64,000 nt of DNA from an uncultured Candidatus Binatia bacterium (GTDB lineage Bacteria; Desulfobacterota; Binatia; UBA9968; JAJDTQ01). The stretch spans positions 2,208,001 to 2,272,000 of the forward strand of contig OZ219754.1 of NCBI GenBank assembly GCA_964291295.2. The letters run 5' to 3'. The notes under the pieces are model-generated. The model searched no databases. It was not told the DNA's origin and saw only the letters and a list, made by a program, of their open reading frames with translations. Shown one piece after another: positions 21,255 to 30,198 of the stretch; position 1 is the first letter of the stretch; every line of letters starts with the position of its first letter. Made by a program: the position numbers and the translations under genes.

Positions 21255-22343
21255 CTACAGGCCGTAGAGCGCCTTGGGATTGTGATACAGGATGTTGTCC
21301 TTCCGTTCCTGGCTGATGGCGTCCATCTTCTTCAGGTCGAGGATGGCGTCCATTTCGCTGGACGGATCCGTGTGGCCGTAGTCGGTGCCGATGACCAGGC
21401 CCCCCTCGCCCGTGAACTTGAGGACGTAGGGGATGTCGTCGTTGGTCTGGCAGGTGACGTAGATGCCGTACCGGGCGAACAGATCCCGGGGAAATTCCCG
21501 CCCGGCCGCCTGGTAGCGGTTCTCGGCCTCCAGGTAGATCCAGGGGACCCACTGGGAGGAGGCTTCGATGAAGCCCCACCGGAGGTCCGGAAAGACCTGG
21601 GGAATCTCGCTTATGATGAGGCCCAGGCATGCGGTGACCGTGGGCGCCCGGAACATGGCGAATCGGCCCGCCGCGGTCGGGCGGTAGGTGTCGCAGTTGG
21701 CAGGATTGCCATTGGCGATGTGCACGGCGATGGACATGTCCAGGTCGCTTGCCGCCTGGTAGACGGGATAGAAGTACGGGTCGGTCATGTCCCGCTCTCC
21801 CTCCAGAGGACGCATGCACACCGCCACCGCGCCATCCTCCCTGGCCTGCCTGATCTGGGACACCGCCTCGTCCAGGGCCAGCACCGGCACCACGCAGGAC
21901 CAGCGCAGCCGGCCCTGGCTCTGCCGGTAGATGTCCCCGAGCCAGCGGTTCCAGCTCCGGCACAGGGCGACTTCCTTGTCCGGCCGGGTGGTGATCTGTT
22001 CGATCCAGAAGGTGTTGTGGAGCACCTGTACGTCCACCCCCAGCCGGTTCATATGGTCGAGCCTGAGCTGGACGTCGTCCAGTTCCCGGGCGGCCCGGGA
22101 CGATTCGACGTTTCTTCCGAACTGGTCCGACAGGTCCCTCAGTTGCTGCTCGCTGTAGGTGGGGAAGCGGAATCCGCGGATCTTCTCGTCGATGACCCAG
22201 TACTGGAGCGTGGGCTCCTGAGGTGACGCGAAAAGCACGGGGCGGTATTTCTCCTCTGACGGCTCCAGATAGTCCCATGTGTGCTCGGTTTCGATCACAT
22301 GGGCATCCGCATCGATGACAGGGACCTGTTCCTGGCTGGACAT
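21255..22343 (-). CDS. Amidohydrolase-2 family protein
   Basis: IDADAHV, YFYPVYQAASDLDMSIAVH, FIEA...WVP, GTDYGHTD, NPKALYGL. Confidence 0.9.
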   Translation of the reverse strand: MSSQEQVPVIDADAHVIETEHTWDYLEPSEEKYRPVLFASPQEPTLQYWVIDEKIRGFRFPTYSEQQLRDLSDQFGRNVESSRAARELDDVQLRLDHMNRLGVDVQVLHNTFWIEQITTRPDKEVALCRSWNRWLGDIYRQSQGRLRWSCVVPVLALDEAVSQIRQAREDGAVAVCMRPLEGERDMTDPYFYPVYQAASDLDMSIAVHIANGNPANCDTYRPTAAGRFAMFRAPTVTACLGLIISEIPQVFPDLRWGFIEASSQWVPWIYLEAENRYQAAGREFPRDLFARYGIYVTCQTNDDIPYVLKFTGEGGLVIGTDYGHTDPSSEMDAILDLKKMDAISQERKDNILYHNPKALYGL

Positions 22344-22570
22344 GGCGCGACTCCTTGATACGCGGCCGGGCATCCCGGATCGCAAGTGCTGTTCCCGGCA
22401 CCCTGTGGCCCGCCGGCGGGCGTGTCACCGTCAAGTTCGACCAACGGCCATCGTTTGTCAACCGTCCAGAGGGTCCCGACCAGGACTATCCCACGCTGAG
22501 TGTTTGTGCGAGGGGGGCGGGTTTGTGTCAGGCACCGGCGTTCTTGCGCTGGGGCAGTCCTACCTGGGGG

Positions 22571-22880
22571 ATGTTGGAACGCATCAGCAAGGGGGCGAGC
22601 GCGATCCATGGTGAGGCACCGGAAGGGTATTCGCTGTCGGAGGTGGAGGTACGTCTGGTGAAGCCGGAGGAGCGTCCGGACTGGGACGTGCTGATGGACA
22701 GGTATCATTATCTGGGCTTTCGCCGTCTGGCAGGCCGCGGCCTTCGTGATGTGGCGACCTTCAGATGCCGTTGGCTGGGCTTGGCGGCGTGGCAGAACGG
22801 CGCCTTCAAGTGCCGATCGCGGGACCGTTGGACGGGCTGGCGGTCGAAGCAGCAGTTCCAGCGTCCGGGTCTGATCGCGA
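22571..22880 (+). pseudogene. Truncated DUF4338-domain transposase-associated fragment (IS remnant)
   Basis: EVRLVKPEERPDWDVLMDRYHYLG...GRGLR.VA....WLGL..W...AFKC..RDRWTGW; homology stops abruptly. Confidence 0.7.
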
Positions 22881-22921
22881 AGCAGCCAAGCTATCGCCGC
22901 CGTTACCCGGCCCTGACCGGC

Positions 22922-22975
22922 GACCGCAGTCGGAGGGTCCCGGCCCCAGACCGCCGTCGGAGGATCCCGGCCCCA
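22922..22975. repeat. 27-bp imperfect tandem duplication
   Basis: GACCGCAGTCGGAGGGTCCCGGCCCCA / GACCGCCGTCGGAGGATCCCGGCCCCA. Confidence 0.75.
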
Positions 22976-22986
22976 ACCACGCCCGC

Positions 22987-23140
22987 AGGCTACCCGACCG
23001 TCCAAACCCATCCCCCGCTCACCCCGCAGGCGATCATCCCTCCACATTACCCCTACACCGACAACCACCAGGAAGGCGCCCAACACCCTTCCGCCCCGCC
23101 CTCATCTCAACACAACCTCCCCGGCATGGGAAAGTCCTGC
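22987..23140 (+). repeat. 154-bp direct repeat, copy 1 (left island boundary)
   Basis: Ungapped alignment with 27081-27234, 8 mismatches by manual count. Confidence 0.95.
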
Positions 23141-23389
23141 CGGGGAACCCGGGGTGGGTTGACGAAGGCCGCGCCAGGTAATATGTGACACGCATGGTGA
23201 CAGGCGTTCGCGGAAGTCCGGATTGCAGAGGTTCAAGACCGGGACGTTGCCGGGATGGTGGCCCGTTTCGCCGATGGCGAGGGAATCGCCGACACTGCCT
23301 GTGCGAGGCTGTCCGGGGCGCTGGGGCAGACGGTTGGAGCGATAGCGGTTTATCGACGATGTACGAGCAATAATGGAACCGGAGAGGCC

Positions 23390-24406
23390 ATGAGCCCCGA
23401 ATTCGAATACCTGGATCGTGAAGTACCACGAGGAACTTTCTTTGATGTCATATTTGCGGTGATCCTTTTTCTGGTTTCCGGGTTCAGCGCATACACGACC
23501 TATCTCGGCTTCTCGAAGGATCTGCCGCTCTACATGAGCCTCCCGATCGCGGCAATCATTGGCTTGGGACTTTTGGGGATCAACTTCAAGATCCGGGAGG
23601 CAAGAATCGCCGATAACCCTCTCGGTTGGTCGTTCCTCGTATTCTCTATCGTCTTCGTGTTCAGTTTCATCAGCAATACCAACGCGTTTTACTCGCGACT
23701 CATCGAGGACGATATCGTGCGGGAAGCGCAGGAAGAAGCGTGGTCTATGTTCGACAGAGAGAGTATGAAGGCGCTCTCGTTGATCGACGATAATCCGCAA
23801 TACCAGAGCGAGCTTGCAACTATCGCGGAGGTAGAAAACGAACTCACCAAGCTCAGGGAACAGATTACCGACCCGCGCAACCTGGGACTCGGGCCGCGTG
23901 CCCAAGCGCACTTGAGACGGATCGAAGAGCTTCTGGAAACCAAATCTACCGATACGGTGCCCCCTTCGCCGGAGCGGCCTGAACGGGAGCACGAGCAATA
24001 CGCAGAGAAGCTTGAGAGACACATTCGAGAGCTTGTCGACGAACGCCAGCGTCGAGGGGACGTCCACAAACATGTGTCCCTCCACGACGATGTCTCACGG
24101 AAAAGGAATGCTCACCAAAAGCGTGTGGATGAGAAAGACTGGCACAGAGGCCATACGGATGAAATGCACCGCGATCTGAAATCCATCGAGAATCAGGTTA
24201 ACCGGCACTTGTCTCCGGTTCCGAAACTGGAGCTCGATGACATCAACGACAAAGCGGACGAAGTTGGAAAATTCAAATACACTTGGCGAAATTTCGTGCA
24301 AGCGGTAAGCCCGGTTGCGATCGCCCTTTCCGTTATATTGGGTGCCCTGCTCGATATCCTGGCCCCGATGATGTCCATCGCATTTTACCGTCCTCAATAC
24401 GATTAG
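23390..24406 (+). CDS. Membrane protein: three N-terminal TM, long helical/coiled-coil domain, C-terminal TM (DUF4407-like architecture)
   Basis: GGAGAGG RBS; hydrophobic segments in about residues 17-100; charged helical middle with GLGPRA; C-terminal VAIALSVILGALLDILAPMMSIAFY. Confidence 0.8.
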   Translation: MSPEFEYLDREVPRGTFFDVIFAVILFLVSGFSAYTTYLGFSKDLPLYMSLPIAAIIGLGLLGINFKIREARIADNPLGWSFLVFSIVFVFSFISNTNAFYSRLIEDDIVREAQEEAWSMFDRESMKALSLIDDNPQYQSELATIAEVENELTKLREQITDPRNLGLGPRAQAHLRRIEELLETKSTDTVPPSPERPEREHEQYAEKLERHIRELVDERQRRGDVHKHVSLHDDVSRKRNAHQKRVDEKDWHRGHTDEMHRDLKSIENQVNRHLSPVPKLELDDINDKADEVGKFKYTWRNFVQAVSPVAIALSVILGALLDILAPMMSIAFYRPQYD

Positions 24407-24418
24407 GAGGTTCATTGG

Positions 24419-25408
24419 ATGCCCGAGACGAATCCTCAGAATGAGCCGATGCCTGTCCCCATCCGGCCGATACGTGTCGACGAAAATGACAGGTTGAACC
24501 CGAATCGTATCGTACCACCTCTCCCGCAGGGCGGGTACTGCCTGTTTACTGCTGGCGTCGTTGGATCTGGAAAGTCCACGCTCCAACACGCTCTGGTTCA
24601 CCGGCTCTACACGGACGAGCGCGTCGATCTCACGTTCAAGAATGAAGACGGAGAAACAAGCCCCAATGGCGAACTCCTGGATTGGATCAACAGATTCGAC
24701 CGTGGCGAATTTCCCGAGCGCACCCCCAAAGGTACACTCCAGACCTTCTTCATCGAATTCGGCCAGAGCGGCCAGAGCCGCCGACCGGTCAAGCTTAGCT
24801 TCGTCGAGATCCCGGGCGAAGACTTTTCGGCCATTCTGCCGCAGAAGGGCCGACCTGATTACGAACCGCGCCTGTCTTCGGAGCTGGAGCACCTTCTGAC
24901 AGCAAAGGATATCAATAAGCTGTTTATCCTGGTAGCTGATACGACTCGGCACGATCCCGCGACGGCCTTGAAGAAGTCGTCGGACGAGCGGGACCAACGT
25001 CTCTACGAAGACATGGTGTTCAGCGAATTGATCACCTATATGCGGGAACTAGGCCTGAATCGAATCAAGCTTCTTTTCGTTGCCGCGAAATGGGATGCTG
25101 CTCCGAACCGTAACCTCGATCCAAAGCGGTTCTTCGGACAGCATTTTCCTCAGGCCAGGTCCGCTCTTCGTCGCTTCGAAAAAGCTCAGGTTCAATACAT
25201 TCGATTCACAGTAGGAAATGTCCGGATCAGTGGAGACGAAACGGAGGGTTTCGCGCGAACCCCAATCGTGGAGAAGCACGATTTCCTACCCATCAGCCGC
25301 GTGATCCAGTGGATCCACACACACGCGACCGAGCGATCCTTGCCGGGCTACCCAACGGTTCGCTTGACGCTTTGGCAAAAGATCAAGCGATGGGCAGCAA
25401 CGACTTGA
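24419..25408 (+). CDS. TRAFAC-class P-loop GTPase (conflict-system type)
   Basis: AGGAGG RBS; G1 GVVGSGKST, G2-like FPERT, G3 variant EIPGE, G4 AKWD. Confidence 0.85.
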   Translation: MPETNPQNEPMPVPIRPIRVDENDRLNPNRIVPPLPQGGYCLFTAGVVGSGKSTLQHALVHRLYTDERVDLTFKNEDGETSPNGELLDWINRFDRGEFPERTPKGTLQTFFIEFGQSGQSRRPVKLSFVEIPGEDFSAILPQKGRPDYEPRLSSELEHLLTAKDINKLFILVADTTRHDPATALKKSSDERDQRLYEDMVFSELITYMRELGLNRIKLLFVAAKWDAAPNRNLDPKRFFGQHFPQARSALRRFEKAQVQYIRFTVGNVRISGDETEGFARTPIVEKHDFLPISRVIQWIHTHATERSLPGYPTVRLTLWQKIKRWAATT

Positions 25409-26286
25409 AGTCTCCGGCCCTTTTTGTCTGCGGCACGCCTAGCGATCGATACGGATTCGAGTGCAGAACGCTCGACGGACCGCAGGTTCCAGATGGGTTT
25501 GCCAGATACTTGGACGACATCCCGGCTGAGAAATTTCCCAAGCGAGGAGATGCGACGCATTTCTTCTTTCGCGACAAGGATGAGGGCTGGGCGATGTACG
25601 CCGAGTATCGCTCAATCCATCCCAACGACGCAGATCACAACCGTGGCGCATTCATCGCCGTGGGCTGCTGGTCGAATGCGGCACTCACGCCCGATCAGGC
25701 GATGGAAGCCCTGTTCCGTATCGAGGACGTCCACCGCGATCTTGCGGAGAGGCGCGACCCGGACACCGATTCGTTCTCCCCCGACTTTCAATTGCCTGAA
25801 TACGCGGCACCCAACCTTGTAGTGCTGGATCGTGACCAGGTCGATCGGTCCCGGTTGGCTGATCTGTTTTGTCAGGCCGCAGCGGGCCGAGGGACATACA
25901 GCGGCCAATCCGGATCGGTGACCCTTACGTCCAAAGAGGTTGGCCAAGGCTTGCTCGCGCAGTTCTGCGCGCCGCCACCGGAGGCGGAACCTGCTCCTCC
26001 CGACCCGGGAAGCTGGCAAACGCGCTTGGATGAGGTGATACGGTACGGTATGGACGAATCACTGCAGACACGCCAAGCGCTCCGGAAACTGTCGAAGCTG
26101 GAAGACCAGCGTGCGAAGGTGCTCAAGTCCTTGACCCGGAGTTCGCGACGCGCTTCCGGGGCCGGAACGCGCCGGGGCGCCAGTACTGGGCCGCACATGA
26201 CGATCCGGGAGATTATCTTTTTCTCCCTCTGCGCGACGATTTGGACAGCAGTTGCAGTTGTATTGACAGTGATCTTCGCCACATGA
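25390..26286 (+). CDS. Uncharacterised GTPase-associated protein with C-terminal membrane anchor
   Basis: Overlaps the GTPase stop; N-terminal alpha/beta domain (LFVCGTP...YAEYRSIHP...RGAFIAVG), Pro-rich linker, short coiled coil, C-terminal TM IIFFSLCATIWTAVAVVLTVIF. Confidence 0.75.
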   Translation: MGSNDLKSPALFVCGTPSDRYGFECRTLDGPQVPDGFARYLDDIPAEKFPKRGDATHFFFRDKDEGWAMYAEYRSIHPNDADHNRGAFIAVGCWSNAALTPDQAMEALFRIEDVHRDLAERRDPDTDSFSPDFQLPEYAAPNLVVLDRDQVDRSRLADLFCQAAAGRGTYSGQSGSVTLTSKEVGQGLLAQFCAPPPEAEPAPPDPGSWQTRLDEVIRYGMDESLQTRQALRKLSKLEDQRAKVLKSLTRSSRRASGAGTRRGASTGPHMTIREIIFFSLCATIWTAVAVVLTVIFAT

Positions 26287-26632
26287 TTGTCAAGTGGCGC
26301 CGGAAAATCGGGCAGATTTCCAACTCGACTTTGTGCATTACGAGGCGAAGAAAAGCGCGTAATGCATACGCCTTGAGCGGGAAATCGAGCCGTCGCGGGG
26401 CAGGGCACCCGAACCGCCAGCCCGCGGCAAGCCCATGGAGATGGACATGGGGCTCTGATTATGGCGCGATCCGTCTTCCGATATCTGCGCAACATCGCCC
26501 GGCATTCCTGGTAGCGGCTGCCACTGGAGCCAAGTGATGATGCCAGGAGCAGTTCCGGACGATACATCCCTGCCGCGGCGTGCGGCCATGAATGCCGGGA
26601 ATGCGCGATGCTGGAACTGCCGTTGAAGATGA

Positions 26633-27042
26633 TTACTGAAACAGCCAGGAGCCGATCGCACACCACGACATGGCAGTCAACACGAAGGCCGCCCAGTTCG
26701 AGAACAGGTCTGCACCCCTTCGAACAAGCCGGAAATCATTCCAGTTGATCTTCTCCCGTTGATCTTCAAGTATGAAACCCGGGCTCCGTGCACTTTAAGC
26801 TCCTCCTCCATCTTCCCATCGTCCTGCAGGTGAAAGTATCTCAGGACGTACCAATCGACATGGGCGAGAACCACCGTTACGCCGAGAACGATCATGCCCC
26901 ATTCATCCGACGGTCTTATGCCGAAGATCTCGAGATTCTTCGGATCGGCGCTTGCCGCTGCGGCTACGACCACAACACCCGCAAGCGCCAGAGTGTTGCA
27001 CCGGCTGGCTCTCCCAGCTTCTCGGTGGTATTGACCGCGCAC
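26633..27042 (-). pseudogene. Small membrane protein disrupted by a 14-nt tandem duplication
   Basis: NTLALAGVVVVAAA...IVLGVTVVLAHV.WYVLRY in one frame, ADLFSNWAAFVLTAMSWCAIGSWLFQ* in another; junction TCCAGTTGATCTTC/TCCCGTTGATCTTC at 26740-26767. Confidence 0.6.
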
Positions 27043-27080
27043 TTCCGATCCTGCGGTGGGTACACGTACTCCAGGCCGAG

Positions 27081-27234
27081 AGGCTACCCGACCGCCCAAA
27101 CCCATCCCCCGCTCGCCCCGCCGGCGATCATCCCTCCACATTACCCCTACACCGACAACCACCAGGAAGGCGCCCAACACCCTTCCGCCCCGCCTTCATC
27201 TCAACACAACATTCCCGGCATGGAATAGTCCTGC
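27081..27234 (+). repeat. 154-bp direct repeat, copy 2 (right island boundary)
   Basis: Matches 22987-23140. Confidence 0.95.
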
Positions 27235-27339
27235 GGTCCCGACCTTCCGCGGCCTTGCCACCCGCCGCGGTCCCCCCGTCCGTCCCGGAAACCGCCGCGC
27301 GGTCCGGCGCGTTCGCTCTTTCCACCCCGGCACCCCCGC

Positions 27340-28218
27340 TCAGGCCAAGGCCGCGACCCAACACAGCGCCACCACCGCGGCCGCCGCCAGACCGGTCCGG
27401 GTCTGGACGCGGATGCTCTCCGGGCGGTCCATGGTCCGTGCCAGCAGGGCACCGGAGACGCCGCCGGCGGCGAATCCCCAGAGATGGGCCCAGATGTCCA
27501 CCCGCGGTCCTCCGGTGCCGAACATGGCGAGGACCGCCAGGCCGGCCGCCACCGGCACCCAGGCCAGCTTGCCCCGCAGGCCGCGCCGCTGCCGCCGGAC
27601 CACTCCCGTGCCGCCGAGAACGCCCAGGGCGCCGAAGACCGCGGTGGACGCGCCGATGGAAACATGGTCGAAGCCGTGAAACCAGGCGTTGCACAGATTT
27701 CCCAGTGCGCCCGCGCCCAGCACCAGGGCCGTGCCGACTCCGGGCCCTTCGGCCCGGCAGACCGCGGTGAGAAAGAACAGCAGGGCGACGGCATTGGCGC
27801 CCACGTGGGCCAGGTCGGCGTGCAGGGTGAGGGCGGTGACCGTGCGCCACAGCTCGCCGCCAAGGATCAGGTCGGCGGATGCGCTGCCGCGCTCGATCCA
27901 GGGCACCGACCCTTGGGTCCATGCGGCAAGGGAGAAAAAGGCCAGCAGCCCCGCGGCCACTGCCGCACCGGTGTAGAGGGGTGCCTGGCCGGGCCAGGGC
28001 TGTTCCTGCGGTATCGGGGTCCGGCTCTCGTTTTCGTAGTCCCAGAGTTCGGTGACCGCCTGTTCCAGGTGTCGGGAAGGGACCGACAGGACCCAGCCGC
28101 TGGAGGTGTGCGCCAGACGCGGAGCCAGCCCTTCCGCCTCAAGCACCAGCGCCCATTCCTCGATCTGGCGCAGGTCCGACGTCCTGCGTACGATGATTTC
28201 CCGTTGTGACTGTATCAT
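27340..28218 (-). CDS. Rhomboid family intramembrane serine protease
   Basis: WRTVTALTLHADLAHVGAN, GASTAVFG catalytic Ser, AHLWG catalytic His. Confidence 0.92.
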   Translation of the reverse strand: MIQSQREIIVRRTSDLRQIEEWALVLEAEGLAPRLAHTSSGWVLSVPSRHLEQAVTELWDYENESRTPIPQEQPWPGQAPLYTGAAVAAGLLAFFSLAAWTQGSVPWIERGSASADLILGGELWRTVTALTLHADLAHVGANAVALLFFLTAVCRAEGPGVGTALVLGAGALGNLCNAWFHGFDHVSIGASTAVFGALGVLGGTGVVRRQRRGLRGKLAWVPVAAGLAVLAMFGTGGPRVDIWAHLWGFAAGGVSGALLARTMDRPESIRVQTRTGLAAAAVVALCWVAALA

Positions 28219-28278
28219 GGCGGCTGCGCGTCTCCGTTTCAAATATCGAACACGGGCGGCGGCTTCAACCGGGGAGCC

Positions 28279-29151
28279 CTACCGGAACGTGATGAGGGCG
28301 ACGCCGGTGACGATCAGCGCCGCTCCGGCCGCCACCCGGGCGTTGAGGGTCTCGAGGTCGCGCAGGAAGATCGCGCTGAAGAGCACGATGAACAGCGGGT
28401 TGGTATTGATGAGCGGGACCACCACCGACACATCGCCCTGGCTCAGGGCGATGTAACCCAGCAGTTGGGCGGTGGCGGACACCACCGCGGCGGCGCCGTA
28501 GAAGGGCAGGCACTTCCGGTCGCCCCGGAATGTGGGGCGCAGTTGCCCGGTGGCCACCAGGCTGAGCGAGAACACCACGAGAGAGGTGGTGATGGTGATG
28601 GCGGTGGCGACGAAAGGGTTGGGCATGATCCGCAGCCCGGTCTTGCGGAAGTTCTGCGAAATCGCCGTGAGCAGGGCCGCGCTCAGCGGATACGCCAGGT
28701 GAACGGCTTTCCACTCGCTCTCTCCCTCCCGCCGGGCCGCGGTGAGCCAGACCCCCAGGACGCTCAGCAGCGCTCCCGGATAGACCGCGAGGGCGGGTCG
28801 CTCGCCGAGAAAGGTGAAGGCCAGGGCGATGGCGAACAGCGGGGTCACGCTGCGCACCGGGCCGGCGCGGGAAGCGCCCAGCCGGACGATGCCGGTATAG
28901 TGGAGAAAGCGCACGGCGGCGGGCTGGATCAGCCCGCTGATGACGAAGTACCGGGTGGCGCCGGTGTACAGCAGGCCCGGGGGGAAGAGGCGCCAGATGG
29001 CGATCCAGATCGCCGCCGTGCTCAGCGCGAACCCCATGAGCGCGGCCAGCGCCACGCTGGCGTAACGCGAGCCCCGGCGCACCAGGATCGCCTCGGAGCC
29101 CCAGGCCATGGACGACGTCAGGGCAAGAAACTCCGGGCCCGGGACGATCAT
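28279..29151 (-). CDS. EamA/DMT family transporter
   Basis: Two EamA repeats, PLFAIALAFTFLGE, PLFIVLFSAIFL..LE. Confidence 0.9.
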   Translation of the reverse strand: MIVPGPEFLALTSSMAWGSEAILVRRGSRYASVALAALMGFALSTAAIWIAIWRLFPPGLLYTGATRYFVISGLIQPAAVRFLHYTGIVRLGASRAGPVRSVTPLFAIALAFTFLGERPALAVYPGALLSVLGVWLTAARREGESEWKAVHLAYPLSAALLTAISQNFRKTGLRIMPNPFVATAITITTSLVVFSLSLVATGQLRPTFRGDRKCLPFYGAAAVVSATAQLLGYIALSQGDVSVVVPLINTNPLFIVLFSAIFLRDLETLNARVAAGAALIVTGVALITFR

Positions 29152-29167
29152 GGGCGAAGCGTGGGGT

Positions 29168-30016
29168 TCAATCCAGGACGAGCGGCGTGTCGTCGCGGTT
29201 GGCCCACTCGCCCATGGAGCCATCGTAGTTGCGCGCCCGCTCGTAACCCAGCAGCTTCAGGACGAAGACTCCGTGCGCCGCACGGATGCCGCCCTGTCAA
29301 TAGGTGACCACTTCCCGGTCAGGTGGCACCCCCGCCCGTTCCAGCAGGCTCCGCAGCTCCCCGGCCTCCTTCAGGGTCTTGTAGGGGTTTTCCTGGAGAA
29401 AGTTGAGCCATTCCAGGTGCACCGCTCCCGGCAGGTGGCCCGCCCGCCGGTTGCCGCGGTCGTTGGCCCCGGTCCACTCGCCGTCCGACCGCACGTCCAG
29501 GTAGACCAGGTCCGGATTGCCGAGGTTGGCCTTGCCGTAGTCCAGCGTGCACACCAGATCGGGGTTCGTCCTGGGGTTGAAGAGCGCGCCCCGGGGTTCG
29601 GGCACGTCCAGGGTCGTGGGCCGCCCTTCATGGAACCACTTGCGCCAGCCGCCGTTGAGCACGGTCACGTCGGTGTGGCCGTAGTAGTTCAGCACCCACC
29701 ACAGGCGGGCGGCCCACAGGGAGCCGTTGCTGTCGTAGGCCACCACCCGCGTGCCCGCGCCGATGCCCAGACTCTCCATCACCTCCCTGGCGGTGTCCGG
29801 GGGCGCCACCCGCGGATACCGGTGGGGGTCTCGGGCGAATTCCGGCTGCTTGATGTAGTGGTGCACGCGCATGCCCACGGCGCCCTTGATGTGGGCGCGT
29901 CGGTAGGCGTCGAAGGGGTCGCAGTCGACGATCCGAAGGCCGGGGTCGTCGAGGTGCCGTTCCAGCCAGTCCGTCTCCGCCAGCAGTTCCGGGCGTGCGT
30001 AGCCTTCCTGTGTCAT
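29168..30016 (-). CDS. Selenocysteine-containing tandem-domain rhodanese/sulfurtransferase
   Basis: In-frame TGA (29297-29299) in VVTY-U-QGGIRAA at the catalytic Cys position; reading continues to the rhodanese signature RNYDGSMGEW and a stop at 29168. Confidence 0.9.
29270..29286 (-). promoter_or_regulatory. Bacterial SECIS-like hairpin of the sulfurtransferase
   Basis: UCCGUGC-GGC-GCACGGA; apical loop starts with G, 17 nt after UGA. Confidence 0.75.
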
Positions 30017-30198
30017 CCGTATTCCTCCCGGTGGCGCCGGTCCGGCGCATGGCGCTCCCCCGACGGGAGGGCCGCAGGGAACCGGGCCAGCGTGTCGCAT
30101 CTGTACCAGATGACGCGACGGCGCGCGAGGACGAGGGCATTCGGGTTGAACTGTCGCGCATCCTGGGCGAGAATGGCATCCGTTCGTATTTCGGGGGT

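Noticed and set aside
22571-22880. Druantia DruA defence gene (DUF4338)
   Set aside because: Only a roughly 100-aa fragment of the transposase-associated type; no other dru genes nearby
19541-23140. tRNA-anchored integrative element
   Set aside because: No duplicated tRNA 3' end and no integrase found; genes after the tRNA have host-like composition
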